Below, piece after piece: positions 40,760 through 48,965 of a stretch of DNA of 64,000 nucleotides. How positions within the stretch are numbered: the first letter of the stretch is position 1; each line of letters opens with the position of its first letter. A program made the position numbers and the translations under genes. This stretch comes from an uncultured beta proteobacterium. GTDB lineage: Bacteria > Pseudomonadota > Gammaproteobacteria > Burkholderiales > Usitatibacteraceae. Location: assembly GCA_963758215.1 (NCBI GenBank), contig CAVWUN010000003.1:923-64922 (forward strand), written 5' to 3'. The notes below the pieces were generated by a model. That model was given only the letters and a program-made list of their open reading frames with translations, ran no database searches and was not told where the DNA came from.

Positions 40760-41437
40760 TTGGATTCGGATTGCTCGTGGTTGCGTCTGTCGGCCTTGGC
40801 CTGCGCGGCGGCTTGCGTCGTGCTGGCGGGCTGCAGCGGGATGAGTGAAATCGCTGGCCGGCCCTTCTTCTACAAGCAGGGCCCGGGCGATACGCCGTCC
40901 GAGGTCAAGGATAAGGCGGGCGTGGTGATGAAGGCGCCTGAAGCCGCGCCCGCCGCCGCGATGCCCTCACGTCAGGAGATGGCTCGCTCGCCCGCACCCG
41001 TCGCCGAGCGCCGGGAACCCCAACAGACCCTCGCGCAGGTGACCCCGCGTGCGCCATCCGCCGCGCCGCGAGCCGAAGCCTACGCCAGCGAAGTCCTCGG
41101 CGGATATACCCAGGCTACGCCCTACGGCGATCTCCTCTTCATCTCCGGGCAGATTGCCATTGATCTGCGCAGCGGCGCATTCGACGGCGGCCAGGACATG
41201 ACCGGGCAGACGCGCCAGGTGCTCGAAAACATTCGCACCATCCTTGCAAATAGCCGACTGACCCTCGCGAACGTGGTGTCCACGACGGTCTACCTTTCGA
41301 ACATCAACAATTTTGCATTGCTGGACAGCGAGTACCACGCCTTCTTCAAGGGCATCCCGCCGGCGCGCACCGTGGTCGAGGTTGCACACCTGCCGCGCGG
41401 TGCGCTGGTGGAAATCTCGGTGATTGCCGGCCGATGA
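40760..41437 (+). CDS. Lipoprotein with C-terminal RidA/YjgF domain
   Basis: SD GGGAGG before TTG; lipobox LAGC; Pro/Ala linker; YTQA, LFISGQI, PARTVV (catalytic Arg), LPRGALVEI. Confidence 0.82.
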   Translation: MDSDCSWLRLSALACAAACVVLAGCSGMSEIAGRPFFYKQGPGDTPSEVKDKAGVVMKAPEAAPAAAMPSRQEMARSPAPVAERREPQQTLAQVTPRAPSAAPRAEAYASEVLGGYTQATPYGDLLFISGQIAIDLRSGAFDGGQDMTGQTRQVLENIRTILANSRLTLANVVSTTVYLSNINNFALLDSEYHAFFKGIPPARTVVEVAHLPRGALVEISVIAGR

Positions 41438-41572
41438 TGGAGCATCGATCGGCCGATCGGATGGTTGGGAGTGTTTGCATTAAAGCTGTGTAGGGTCGGA
41501 ACGCGGTGTAGGCGGGGATATGGGGCACCGCGAGCCCTTGACAAAGCGGGCCTTAAACAACAGGAGGACGAC

Positions 41573-41971
41573 GTGAAGGCGAAACCAGCATTAATGGCTG
41601 TTGGGGTTTTCGTGGGTGCCATGGCATGCAGCGTGGGGGTCTATGCGGATACGCCGCTCTTTCCGTCGGCCCAGGTCTCCGGTGAGCATGAAAATTTCCG
41701 CAACCTGTACCGGGAGCGATGCGCTTTGTGCCACGGGGCGAACGGCGAGGGCACGGACAACGACTATCCGCGCTTGGCGCCTGCGCTGAAGGGCAATCCC
41801 TTCGTGCAGCATGCGCCGCCGGCTGCGATCATCGCCGTGATCCGCAAGGGCAGGACAGGCGAGCAAAGGCTCTATCACGAGTCGTACCCCAACATGCCCC
41901 CGTTCGGCGTGGAGATGGTCTTCGACGTGGACGGGTTGGTCCACTTCCTGCAGAACGACTTGCAGCAATAG
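41573..41971 (+). CDS. Periplasmic monoheme class I cytochrome c
   Basis: SD GGAGG before GTG, signal peptide, CALCH, distal Met in NMPPF. Confidence 0.9.
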   Translation: MKAKPALMAVGVFVGAMACSVGVYADTPLFPSAQVSGEHENFRNLYRERCALCHGANGEGTDNDYPRLAPALKGNPFVQHAPPAAIIAVIRKGRTGEQRLYHESYPNMPPFGVEMVFDVDGLVHFLQNDLQQ

Positions 41972-42022
41972 GCGATCCACTGAACGTTGAACCAACCTAC
42001 TCGAACAATGTGGAGGAGAACC

Positions 42023-43441
42023 ATGAAGTGGCATACAAGGTTCACAATCAAGATCGCCACGGCAGCGCTGGTGTTCGCGGCGCCGTTCCTGGCGACGGAG
42101 TCCCAGGCCATGCCGAGCTTCGCCCGGCAGACCGGCATGGTGTGCAATTCCTGCCATATCGGTACCGATAACGTTCCCAACTTCACGCGCACGGGCCGCA
42201 TCTTCGCGATGCGCGGCTACATGCGGCCGGTCGTGCGCGAGAAGCTCCGCACGGAAGGACAGACCGAGGAAGGTGAGCCGCAATATGGCGGGCAGTATGT
42301 CTCGCTCAACTGGACCGACTTCTGGGCGGCGCGGCTGGTCTCCTCGTTCGCCGGCCAATCGAAGACGAACGGGGTGAAGAGCGACGTGACGTCGAGTCCG
42401 CTGTCGCGCATGTCGTTGTTCTACACGGGCCCGATCACGGACTGGCTGGGCCTGTGGTCGGAGATCGGTTACCTCGGGAACGACACGGTGAGATCCGTCA
42501 CCACGGCGAACCCGGGCCCCACCGGAATCAACTTCTTCGCCTACGACGAGTATCGGCTGTCCACCTCGCGCACCATCGGCCCCGACAGCTTCATCGGCGC
42601 ATCACTGGGTAACGAGCCGGGCGACGTGGTTACCCAGTTCGTGTTCCCGCTGGGCATTCCCCGCTTCTTCAACCTGGGACAGGGCGGCGACGGTCATTCG
42701 CTGAACATGAGTACGTTGAGCCTGCACGCGTTCCTGAACGACAGCCTGTGGCTGCAGTTCGCCCCCAACACCGGGGTGACGAACAACAGCTTCTCGAACG
42801 GCTGGCAGCAGTATTACGCTGTCGCCTATGACATGTTCCGCAAAACGGACAACGATCTGTGGCTGGGCCTGGAATACGAGCGCGGCAACGACAACGCGTC
42901 GATCCTGACCCCGACGAAGGTCAGCTTCATCTGCCCAACCACCTGTCCGACCGGCGTGACGGATTCGGCACTGTCGTTCAGCAACACGCTCGGCGGACGC
43001 TCGGTTGCCGGCGCTCCGGTGGAAGTGGTCAAGAACTTCACCACTTACGCGATCCGTGCCGAACATGTGGCCGCCGACCGGGGTCCGCATAGCTGGGTCG
43101 CCATGATCCAGGCAGGCGGCACGAAGCAGGATTATGTGAGCGGGGCGAGCGCGAAGCGCGATGTCATCGGGGCTTACCTGCGCTACTTCTACAAGCGGAC
43201 GTACGGTTTCTACGCGTCGTGGGCCAGGGACACGGAGTACAAGTACACGAGTCCGGCCGGGGTCGAGAGCGACTTTGGCAACGCCGTCACCAAGAACCTC
43301 ACCCTGCTGTGGAATCCGGCGATGAACTTCAGCATGCACTTCAGCTACAGCCCGGATTCCAAGTCGTCGGTGTTCAACAGCGCCACCCAGACCCCGAATA
43401 CGTCTTCGAGCTGGGAGTGGGGCGTGGAGTACAGCTTCTAA
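42023..43441 (+). CDS. cyc2: Cyc2-type outer-membrane cytochrome-porin fusion
   Basis: Signal peptide, then PSFARQTGMVCNSCH...P.F...GR.F...GY; amphipathic beta-strand body; C-terminal beta-signal WGVEYSF. Confidence 0.85.
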   Translation: MKWHTRFTIKIATAALVFAAPFLATESQAMPSFARQTGMVCNSCHIGTDNVPNFTRTGRIFAMRGYMRPVVREKLRTEGQTEEGEPQYGGQYVSLNWTDFWAARLVSSFAGQSKTNGVKSDVTSSPLSRMSLFYTGPITDWLGLWSEIGYLGNDTVRSVTTANPGPTGINFFAYDEYRLSTSRTIGPDSFIGASLGNEPGDVVTQFVFPLGIPRFFNLGQGGDGHSLNMSTLSLHAFLNDSLWLQFAPNTGVTNNSFSNGWQQYYAVAYDMFRKTDNDLWLGLEYERGNDNASILTPTKVSFICPTTCPTGVTDSALSFSNTLGGRSVAGAPVEVVKNFTTYAIRAEHVAADRGPHSWVAMIQAGGTKQDYVSGASAKRDVIGAYLRYFYKRTYGFYASWARDTEYKYTSPAGVESDFGNAVTKNLTLLWNPAMNFSMHFSYSPDSKSSVFNSATQTPNTSSSWEWGVEYSF

Positions 43442-43460
43442 GAAAGATCCATCGACGTTT

Positions 43461-43515
43461 CTCTCCTTCCCGGTCGGATCGCGCTCGATCCGACCGGGTC
43501 GAGGAGAGGTTTGTT
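43461..43515 (+). terminator. Long stem-loop after cyc2 (weak terminator or mRNA stabiliser)
   Basis: 13-bp perfect stem CCCGGTCGGATCG/CGATCCGACCGGG plus outer CTCTCCT/AGGAGAG, then GTTTGTT. Confidence 0.65.
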
Positions 43516-43612
43516 GCTGACTGGCATATGAACGCAGCGGTCCGCCACGGGCCGGCCCTGCGCAACACCAGCGCGCCGACGTGCCGACTAAACCGCCCCC
43601 CTTTTCACCGCG

Positions 43613-44746
43613 ATGGCCGTGCCCACCCGACGTGAGCGCATTTGGGACGCTCCCACGCGGCTGTTCCACTGGAGCCTCGCGACGGCCTTCCTGGGCGACT
43701 GGCTCACGCGCGATGCACGCTATCTCGATATCCACGAATTTCTCGGCTACGCCATCGGCGGCCTCGTCCTGTTCCGCGTCGCCTGGGGCTTCGCCGGGAC
43801 GCGCTGGGCGCGGTTTGCGAGCTTTCCGCTTTCCGCGCCGTCCGGACTGCGCTATCTCGCTGCCCTCTCCCGTGGCCGCCACGGCCATTATCTCGGGCAC
43901 AACCCGGCCGGCAGCCTGTCGATCTATGCCTTGCTCGTCTTGGCCCTCCTGGAGGTCGCCACGGGCGTCCTTGCGCTGGGCGCGGAGAAGCACCAGGGAT
44001 TGCTCGCGGGCAGATTCCGCTACCCGGTGGGAGATGCTGCGCATGCGATTCACCAGTGGCTCGCCTACGGGATGCTCGCGGTCGTGGGGCTGCACATCGC
44101 CGGCGTGCTGGTCGGATCCTTCGCCGACCGCCAGAACCTGGTCGCCGCGATGCTCACCGGATACAAGCGAACGGGCGACGCGCTTGCGGGTGTCGACGCG
44201 AAGCGCGGCATCGCCGGCGCGATCGCGCTGGCCGTGGTTCTCGGCGCCCTCGCGTACTTTCGCGGCTACCTCCTGGCCGGCGCGGGGCACCCCTATCGGC
44301 CCTATGGGTTGCCGGCGCTGCCCATGGACGCCGTCTGGCAGAGCGAGTGCGGCGGCTGCCATCTCGCCTTTCATCCCTCTCTCCTGCCCGCGCGATCCTG
44401 GTCGAAGATGCTCGCGGAGCAGCAGGCGCATTTCGGCGAGGACCTCGGCTTGAGCGCTGAGACCCTGCGTCATCTCGGGGCCTTCGCGGCCGGCAACGCC
44501 GCCGATGCGATCGAGTCTCCCGTGGCGTGGAAGATGGCGACGACCATTCCTGCGGCGTCCGTCCCGTTGCGTATCAGCGCCACGCCGTACTGGGTGGAGC
44601 GCCACTCCCGGCTCGACACGGCGGTCTGGACGCGCGTGCATCGGTCCGAGTGCGAAAGCTGCCACCGTGACGCCGAGGCCGGGACGTTCCTGCCCGGGGC
44701 GATCGCTCTCGATCTGGGCAAATCCACCGCACGCAAAGGGAAATAG
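43613..44746 (+). CDS. Cytochrome b (Ni-hydrogenase b-type) fused to a diheme cytochrome c (DHC) domain
   Basis: IWDAPTRLFHW, GHNPAG, four TM His; C-terminal ECGGCH..F.P.LLP.RSW...HFGEDL and CESCH. Confidence 0.9.
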   Translation: MAVPTRRERIWDAPTRLFHWSLATAFLGDWLTRDARYLDIHEFLGYAIGGLVLFRVAWGFAGTRWARFASFPLSAPSGLRYLAALSRGRHGHYLGHNPAGSLSIYALLVLALLEVATGVLALGAEKHQGLLAGRFRYPVGDAAHAIHQWLAYGMLAVVGLHIAGVLVGSFADRQNLVAAMLTGYKRTGDALAGVDAKRGIAGAIALAVVLGALAYFRGYLLAGAGHPYRPYGLPALPMDAVWQSECGGCHLAFHPSLLPARSWSKMLAEQQAHFGEDLGLSAETLRHLGAFAAGNAADAIESPVAWKMATTIPAASVPLRISATPYWVERHSRLDTAVWTRVHRSECESCHRDAEAGTFLPGAIALDLGKSTARKGK

Positions 44747-44750
44747 CTGG

Positions 44751-45161
44751 ATGTCATCGATGCGAGGCTTCGCAGTCGGGATGACAATCGCGCTGCTGGG
44801 AATGAGCGCGAAGGCCGCGGCGGACCCCGTGGACGAGTTGCTGCAGGTGTTTCGGACGCAAGGCGCGAACGGATTCACCGTTGCGGCCGGGGAGCAGCTC
44901 TGGGAGCGCAACACGACCGATCCCAGGACCGGACAGGTGCGGCGCTGCGCCCTCTGCCACACCACGGACCTCAGGCAGATGGGCAAGCACGCCACTACCG
45001 GCAAGGCGATCGAGCCGATGGCGCCGTCGGTCAATCCGAAGCGTCTGTCCGACAAGGCGAAGATCGAGAAATGGCTGGAGCGCAATTGCAAGTGGACGCT
45101 CGGCCGCGTATGCACGCCGCAGGAGAAGGGCGATGTGCTGACAATGATCCGGAGTCGATAA
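44751..45161 (+). CDS. SHP-like (DUF1924) heme c protein
   Basis: Signal peptide, CALCH, GKAIEPMAPSVNPKR, KIEKWLERNCKWTLGRVCT..EKGD. Confidence 0.88.
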   Translation: MSSMRGFAVGMTIALLGMSAKAAADPVDELLQVFRTQGANGFTVAAGEQLWERNTTDPRTGQVRRCALCHTTDLRQMGKHATTGKAIEPMAPSVNPKRLSDKAKIEKWLERNCKWTLGRVCTPQEKGDVLTMIRSR

Positions 45162-45177
45162 ACATGAAAGGGGAGCA

Positions 45178-45720
45178 ATGAGAACGAAGATCCACCGGCG
45201 CGCCGCGCTTGCGCCCGCCACGGCCGTGCTGCTCATCGTCGGTTCCACGCTTGTGGCGCCGGCCCGCGCAGCATCGGGAACGGTCCTGGTGCCCGAAGAT
45301 GGTGCCTACCTGAAGGAGTGCGGAGCGTGCCACATGGCCTTTTCGCCGGAGCTGCTGCCGGCTTCGTCGTGGCGCAAGCTGATGGGCCGGCTGGACGACC
45401 ATTTCGGCGAATCGGCCAAGCTCGATGCGCCGAACCAGGGCCGGATCACCGGCTACCTGGTGGCGAACGCCGCGGACCGTGCCACGAATTCCGAATCACG
45501 TGCGATCATGGCTTCGCTGCATGCCGACGAGGTGCCGCTGCGCATCACGCAGGTTCCATACATCGCCGGGCTGCATGCCGCAGTGCTGGATCCTGTATGG
45601 AACGGAACGCCGCGGCCCAAGACCCTGACGGAGTGCGGGGTGTGCCACAGCGGCATCCGGTTCGGGGATTTCAGGAGCAAGACGTTCACGGTGAACGACG
45701 AATCGTTCCGGAGCAAATAG
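45178..45720 (+). CDS. Diheme cytochrome c (DHC family)
   Basis: YLKECGACHMAF.P.LLP..SW, DHFGE, RIT..PY, CGVCH. Confidence 0.88.
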   Translation: MRTKIHRRAALAPATAVLLIVGSTLVAPARAASGTVLVPEDGAYLKECGACHMAFSPELLPASSWRKLMGRLDDHFGESAKLDAPNQGRITGYLVANAADRATNSESRAIMASLHADEVPLRITQVPYIAGLHAAVLDPVWNGTPRPKTLTECGVCHSGIRFGDFRSKTFTVNDESFRSK

Positions 45721-45737
45721 TCAGGATAAGCAGCGCC

Positions 45738-46307
45738 ATGGATGCGACCCCTAAGGTGCGAAGGATCTTCGATGCGGCGGCACTTTTGCTTGCATTCTGC
45801 GCCACGTCGGGATCCTTTCCCGCAGCGGCGGTCGACGACCGCTTCGATGCCACCAAGTACGACAAGGGCGGCTTCGCCCCGGCCAAGGATCCCACCTACC
45901 TCAAGGAATGTGGCGCATGCCACTTCGCCTATCTTCCCGGCACGCTGCCGGCCAGGTCGTGGCACGCGATCATGGCCAAGTCCGACGATCACTTCGGGGA
46001 ATCGCTCTCGCTTCCCCCGCATCTCGCCATGCAGATCGAGCAGTACCTGGCGGCGAATGCGGCGGACCATTCGGACTATCGCGGCTCTGCCCTGATCCTT
46101 GACCGGCTCGAGGACAACGTCACGCCGATGAAGATCATCCGGCTGCCATACATCCGGCAGCGCCACCAGGTGATCCGCAAGCTGCTGAACGATCATCCGC
46201 AGAATTCGATCAAGGGACTGAGCAACTGCACCGATTGCCATCCGCGCGCGGCCGAGGGGTCGTTCGTTTACCGCGAGGTTGTGGTGCCCGGCATCATCGA
46301 ACGTTGA
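45738..46307 (+). CDS. Second diheme cytochrome c (DHC family)
   Basis: YLKECGACHFAY.P..LPARSW, DHFGE, SNCTDCH. Confidence 0.88.
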   Translation: MDATPKVRRIFDAAALLLAFCATSGSFPAAAVDDRFDATKYDKGGFAPAKDPTYLKECGACHFAYLPGTLPARSWHAIMAKSDDHFGESLSLPPHLAMQIEQYLAANAADHSDYRGSALILDRLEDNVTPMKIIRLPYIRQRHQVIRKLLNDHPQNSIKGLSNCTDCHPRAAEGSFVYREVVVPGIIER

Positions 46308-46449
46308 GGCTGGCCGTGCTCCGGAATGACAAGGTGCTGCAAGAAGCGTTCGCAATGCTGGTTGCCGTGGCCCCGTGCGACGGGGCTGACCTACGATCCG
46401 AGGGGGTCGGATCATGTTGTAGTATCGAATTCACCAGGAGGTGTTTGCG

Positions 46450-46719
46450 ATGAGCGATGAATCGAAGGTTTCAAGGCGCGTTTTCTTTCGGGGTGCCGCG
46501 ACGCTGGCGGGGGCTGCGCTGGTTGCCGGCGTGATACCGATTCGCGACGCCCGCGCGCAGACGAAGCTCGCCAAGGACGTGATGAAGTACCAGGACACGC
46601 CGAAGGACGGCCAGAAATGCGAGGACTGCACCTACTTCCAGGCGCCTAAGTCCTGCGGCCTGGTCGCGGGCGACATCTCGCCGCAAGGCTGGTGCACCGC
46701 CTACAACAAGAAGAAGTAA
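46450..46719 (+). CDS. Tat-exported small HiPIP, Iro-like
   Basis: SD AGGAGG; SRRVFF twin-arginine signal; YQDTP...CEDC..F.....C..V.G.ISP.GWC. Confidence 0.9.
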   Translation: MSDESKVSRRVFFRGAATLAGAALVAGVIPIRDARAQTKLAKDVMKYQDTPKDGQKCEDCTYFQAPKSCGLVAGDISPQGWCTAYNKKK

Positions 46720-46795
46720 CCGAGCACGGCGGGCGGGCTGCTGCGCCCTCGCCTTCCCGTTTCCCCGGGCCAGCGGCGCCCGGGGAAGCGCCCAT

Positions 46796-47197
46796 CTATC
46801 GGGGCGTGCGCACCGCGCGGTCCTTGCGCCCCACGCAGCCGGCGCAACGCCCGTAGAGGGTGAGGTCGTGGCCCTCGAGCGTGAATCCGCGTGGCGCCAG
46901 GCGCCGCAGGTCGCCCGGGCAACCAGGCACGTCGTACACCCGCCGGCAGACCGAGCACTGGAAGTGATGATGGTGCCCGGCCTCCGCCAGCTCGTAGCGC
47001 GCGCGCTCGCCCGGTAGCGTGATGCCCTGCAAGGTGCCATCGGCCACCAGCAGCTTGAGCGTCCGGTACACCGTGGCCAGCCCCAGGGAGCGCACGACGC
47101 CGCGCGCTCCCTCGAGCACCTCGCGGGGCGACAGCGGCCGCCGCGACGCCCGGATCACCGACATGATCGCATCGCGTTGGCGGGTCGCACGTTCCAT
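46796..47197 (-). CDS. Fur-family metalloregulator
   Basis: TRQRDAI, GLATVYRTL, HHHHFQCSVC, GRCAGC. Confidence 0.9.
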   Translation of the reverse strand: MERATRQRDAIMSVIRASRRPLSPREVLEGARGVVRSLGLATVYRTLKLLVADGTLQGITLPGERARYELAEAGHHHHFQCSVCRRVYDVPGCPGDLRRLAPRGFTLEGHDLTLYGRCAGCVGRKDRAVRTPR

Positions 47198-47226
47198 GGG
47201 CATTTGCGGCACCCCCTTGCGGGCCG

Positions 47227-47260
47227 ATGTTGTAGGATAATGATAAGTGATTCTCAACAT
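47227..47260. promoter_or_regulatory. Fur-box-like operator between the regulator and the metal ABC operon
   Basis: GATAATGATAAGTGATTCTCA (47236-47256), flanked by inverted ATGTTG/CAACAT, AT-rich in a GC-rich background. Confidence 0.65.
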
Positions 47261-47311
47261 GCCGGCGCCCCCCGGTGCAGGCCCGCGCCCAGACTGACAG
47301 ACAATCCGGCA

Positions 47312-48169
47312 ATGCACCGCTTCCTGCTCGCCGCGCTGGTCAGCGCATGCATGGCGCCCCTTGCGTTCGCCGCACCCGTCAGGATCGTGGCGGCGGAAGG
47401 TGTCTATGGCGACATCGCCCGCCAGATCGGCGGCTCGAGCGTCGCGGTGACGAGCCTGCTCGACCGGCCCAGCCAGGACCCCCACGAATTCGAGCCCGGC
47501 GCCGCTGCCGCGCGCAGCATCGCCGACGCGGACCTCGTGGTCTACAACGGCGCCGGCTACGACGCCTGGGCAAGCAGGCTGCTGTCGGCCTCACGCGTGC
47601 CTTCGCGAAAGGTGATCGAAGTGGCCCGGCTTGCCGGCAAGCGCGCCGGTGACAATCCCCATGTCTGGTACGACCCTGCCGCGGTCCTCGCGCTGGGGCG
47701 TGCGCTGGCCGATGCGCTGTCCGCGCTCGATCCGGGCCACCGCATCCAGTACGCGGCGCACCTCGTTACTTTCGAGCATTCGATGCAGGCGCTCGCCGAG
47801 CGCGTCGTGCGCCTGCGCAAGTCGTTCGGCGGCAGCGCGGTCGCCGCCACGGAACCCGTCTTTGGCTACATGGCGGACGCCCTCGGGCTGGAGATGCGCC
47901 ACCGCGGCTTCCAGCTTTCGGTCATGAATGGCACCGAGCCGAGTGCGCGGGACATCGCGGCCCTCGAGAAGGACCTGCGAACGCGCGCGGTAAAGGCTCT
48001 CATCGTCAACGTGCAGACCGGCGGCGCCGTCACCGAACGCATGCGGGCGATCGCGTCGGGCGCCGGAGTGCCCGTGGTCGTCGTGACCGAGATGCCACCT
48101 CCCGGCGTGGAATACCAGCGGTGGATGTCGTCGCAGCTCGATGCGCTCGCACGCGCCCTCGCACCATGA
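47312..48169 (+). CDS. Cluster A-I metal (Zn/Mn/Fe) ABC substrate-binding protein
   Basis: Signal peptide, QDPHEFEP, DNPHVWYDP, TEPVFGY. Confidence 0.9.
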   Translation: MHRFLLAALVSACMAPLAFAAPVRIVAAEGVYGDIARQIGGSSVAVTSLLDRPSQDPHEFEPGAAAARSIADADLVVYNGAGYDAWASRLLSASRVPSRKVIEVARLAGKRAGDNPHVWYDPAAVLALGRALADALSALDPGHRIQYAAHLVTFEHSMQALAERVVRLRKSFGGSAVAATEPVFGYMADALGLEMRHRGFQLSVMNGTEPSARDIAALEKDLRTRAVKALIVNVQTGGAVTERMRAIASGAGVPVVVVTEMPPPGVEYQRWMSSQLDALARALAP

Positions 48170-48965
48170 CCCCGTACGCGATCGAGTTGGACCGGGCAAC
48201 CATCGTGCGCGACGGGCGCACGGTTCTCTCGGACGTGAGCATCGCCGTACGTGCCGGCGAGTTCATCGGGGTATTCGGGCCCAACGGCGCCGGCAAGACG
48301 ACGCTCCTGCACGCGATCCTCGGATTGCTGCGGCCGGCCAGCGGCCGGATCACCGTGCTCGGCGCCCTTCCTTCGCGCGGCAATCCGGCGGCCGGCTACC
48401 TGCCGCAGCACCGCACGTCGGTCGCCGACCTCGGCCTGCGCGGCTGGGACTTCGTGGCGAGCGCGCTGCACGGTGAGCGCTGGGGACTTCCCGCCCTCGA
48501 TACGGCGGGACGCGACGCCGTGGAACGGGCGCTCGCCGCCGTCGAGGCGCAGTCGCTCGCGGCGCGGCGCTGTGCGAGCTGTCCGGGGGCGAGCGCCAGC
48601 GGCTGCTGCTGGCCCAGGCGCTGCTCGGCAATCCGCAGCTCCTGTTGCTCGATGAGCCGCTGCTCAGCCTCGATCCCCATTACCAGCAGGCGACCGTCGC
48701 CCTGGTCCGGCGCATCCAGCAGGCCGAGGGCATCACCGTGCTCTTCACTGCCCACGAGCTCAATCCGCTGCTCGAGGCGATGGACCGCGTACTGTATCTC
48801 GGGCAAGGGCGCGCCGCGCTCGGGTCGGTCGACGAGGTCATGACGAGCGAGGTCTTATCGCGCCTGTACGGCACGCCGATCGAGGTGCTGCGCGTGAATC
48901 ACCGCATCCTGGTGATGTCGGGATTGGGGCTGGTCGAAGCCGACGCCCATCGCCACGATGCTTGA
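48166..48965 (+). CDS. Metal ABC transporter ATPase (one frameshift near 48570)
   Basis: GPNGAGKTT in ORF 48121..48843; LSGGERQR and LLDEP in the frame of ORF 48645..48965. Confidence 0.85.

Noticed and set aside
41444-41462. Palindrome CGATCGGCCGATCG after the RidA gene
   Set aside because: No loop or U tail; short GC palindromes are common at this composition
42602-45178. 858-aa minus-strand ORF across the cytochrome cluster
   Set aside because: Antisense shadow of cyc2, cytochrome b and SHP; no domain signal
48560-48600. Split ABC ATPase as a pseudogene
   Set aside because: Single indel with both halves conserved and neighbours intact; probably an error
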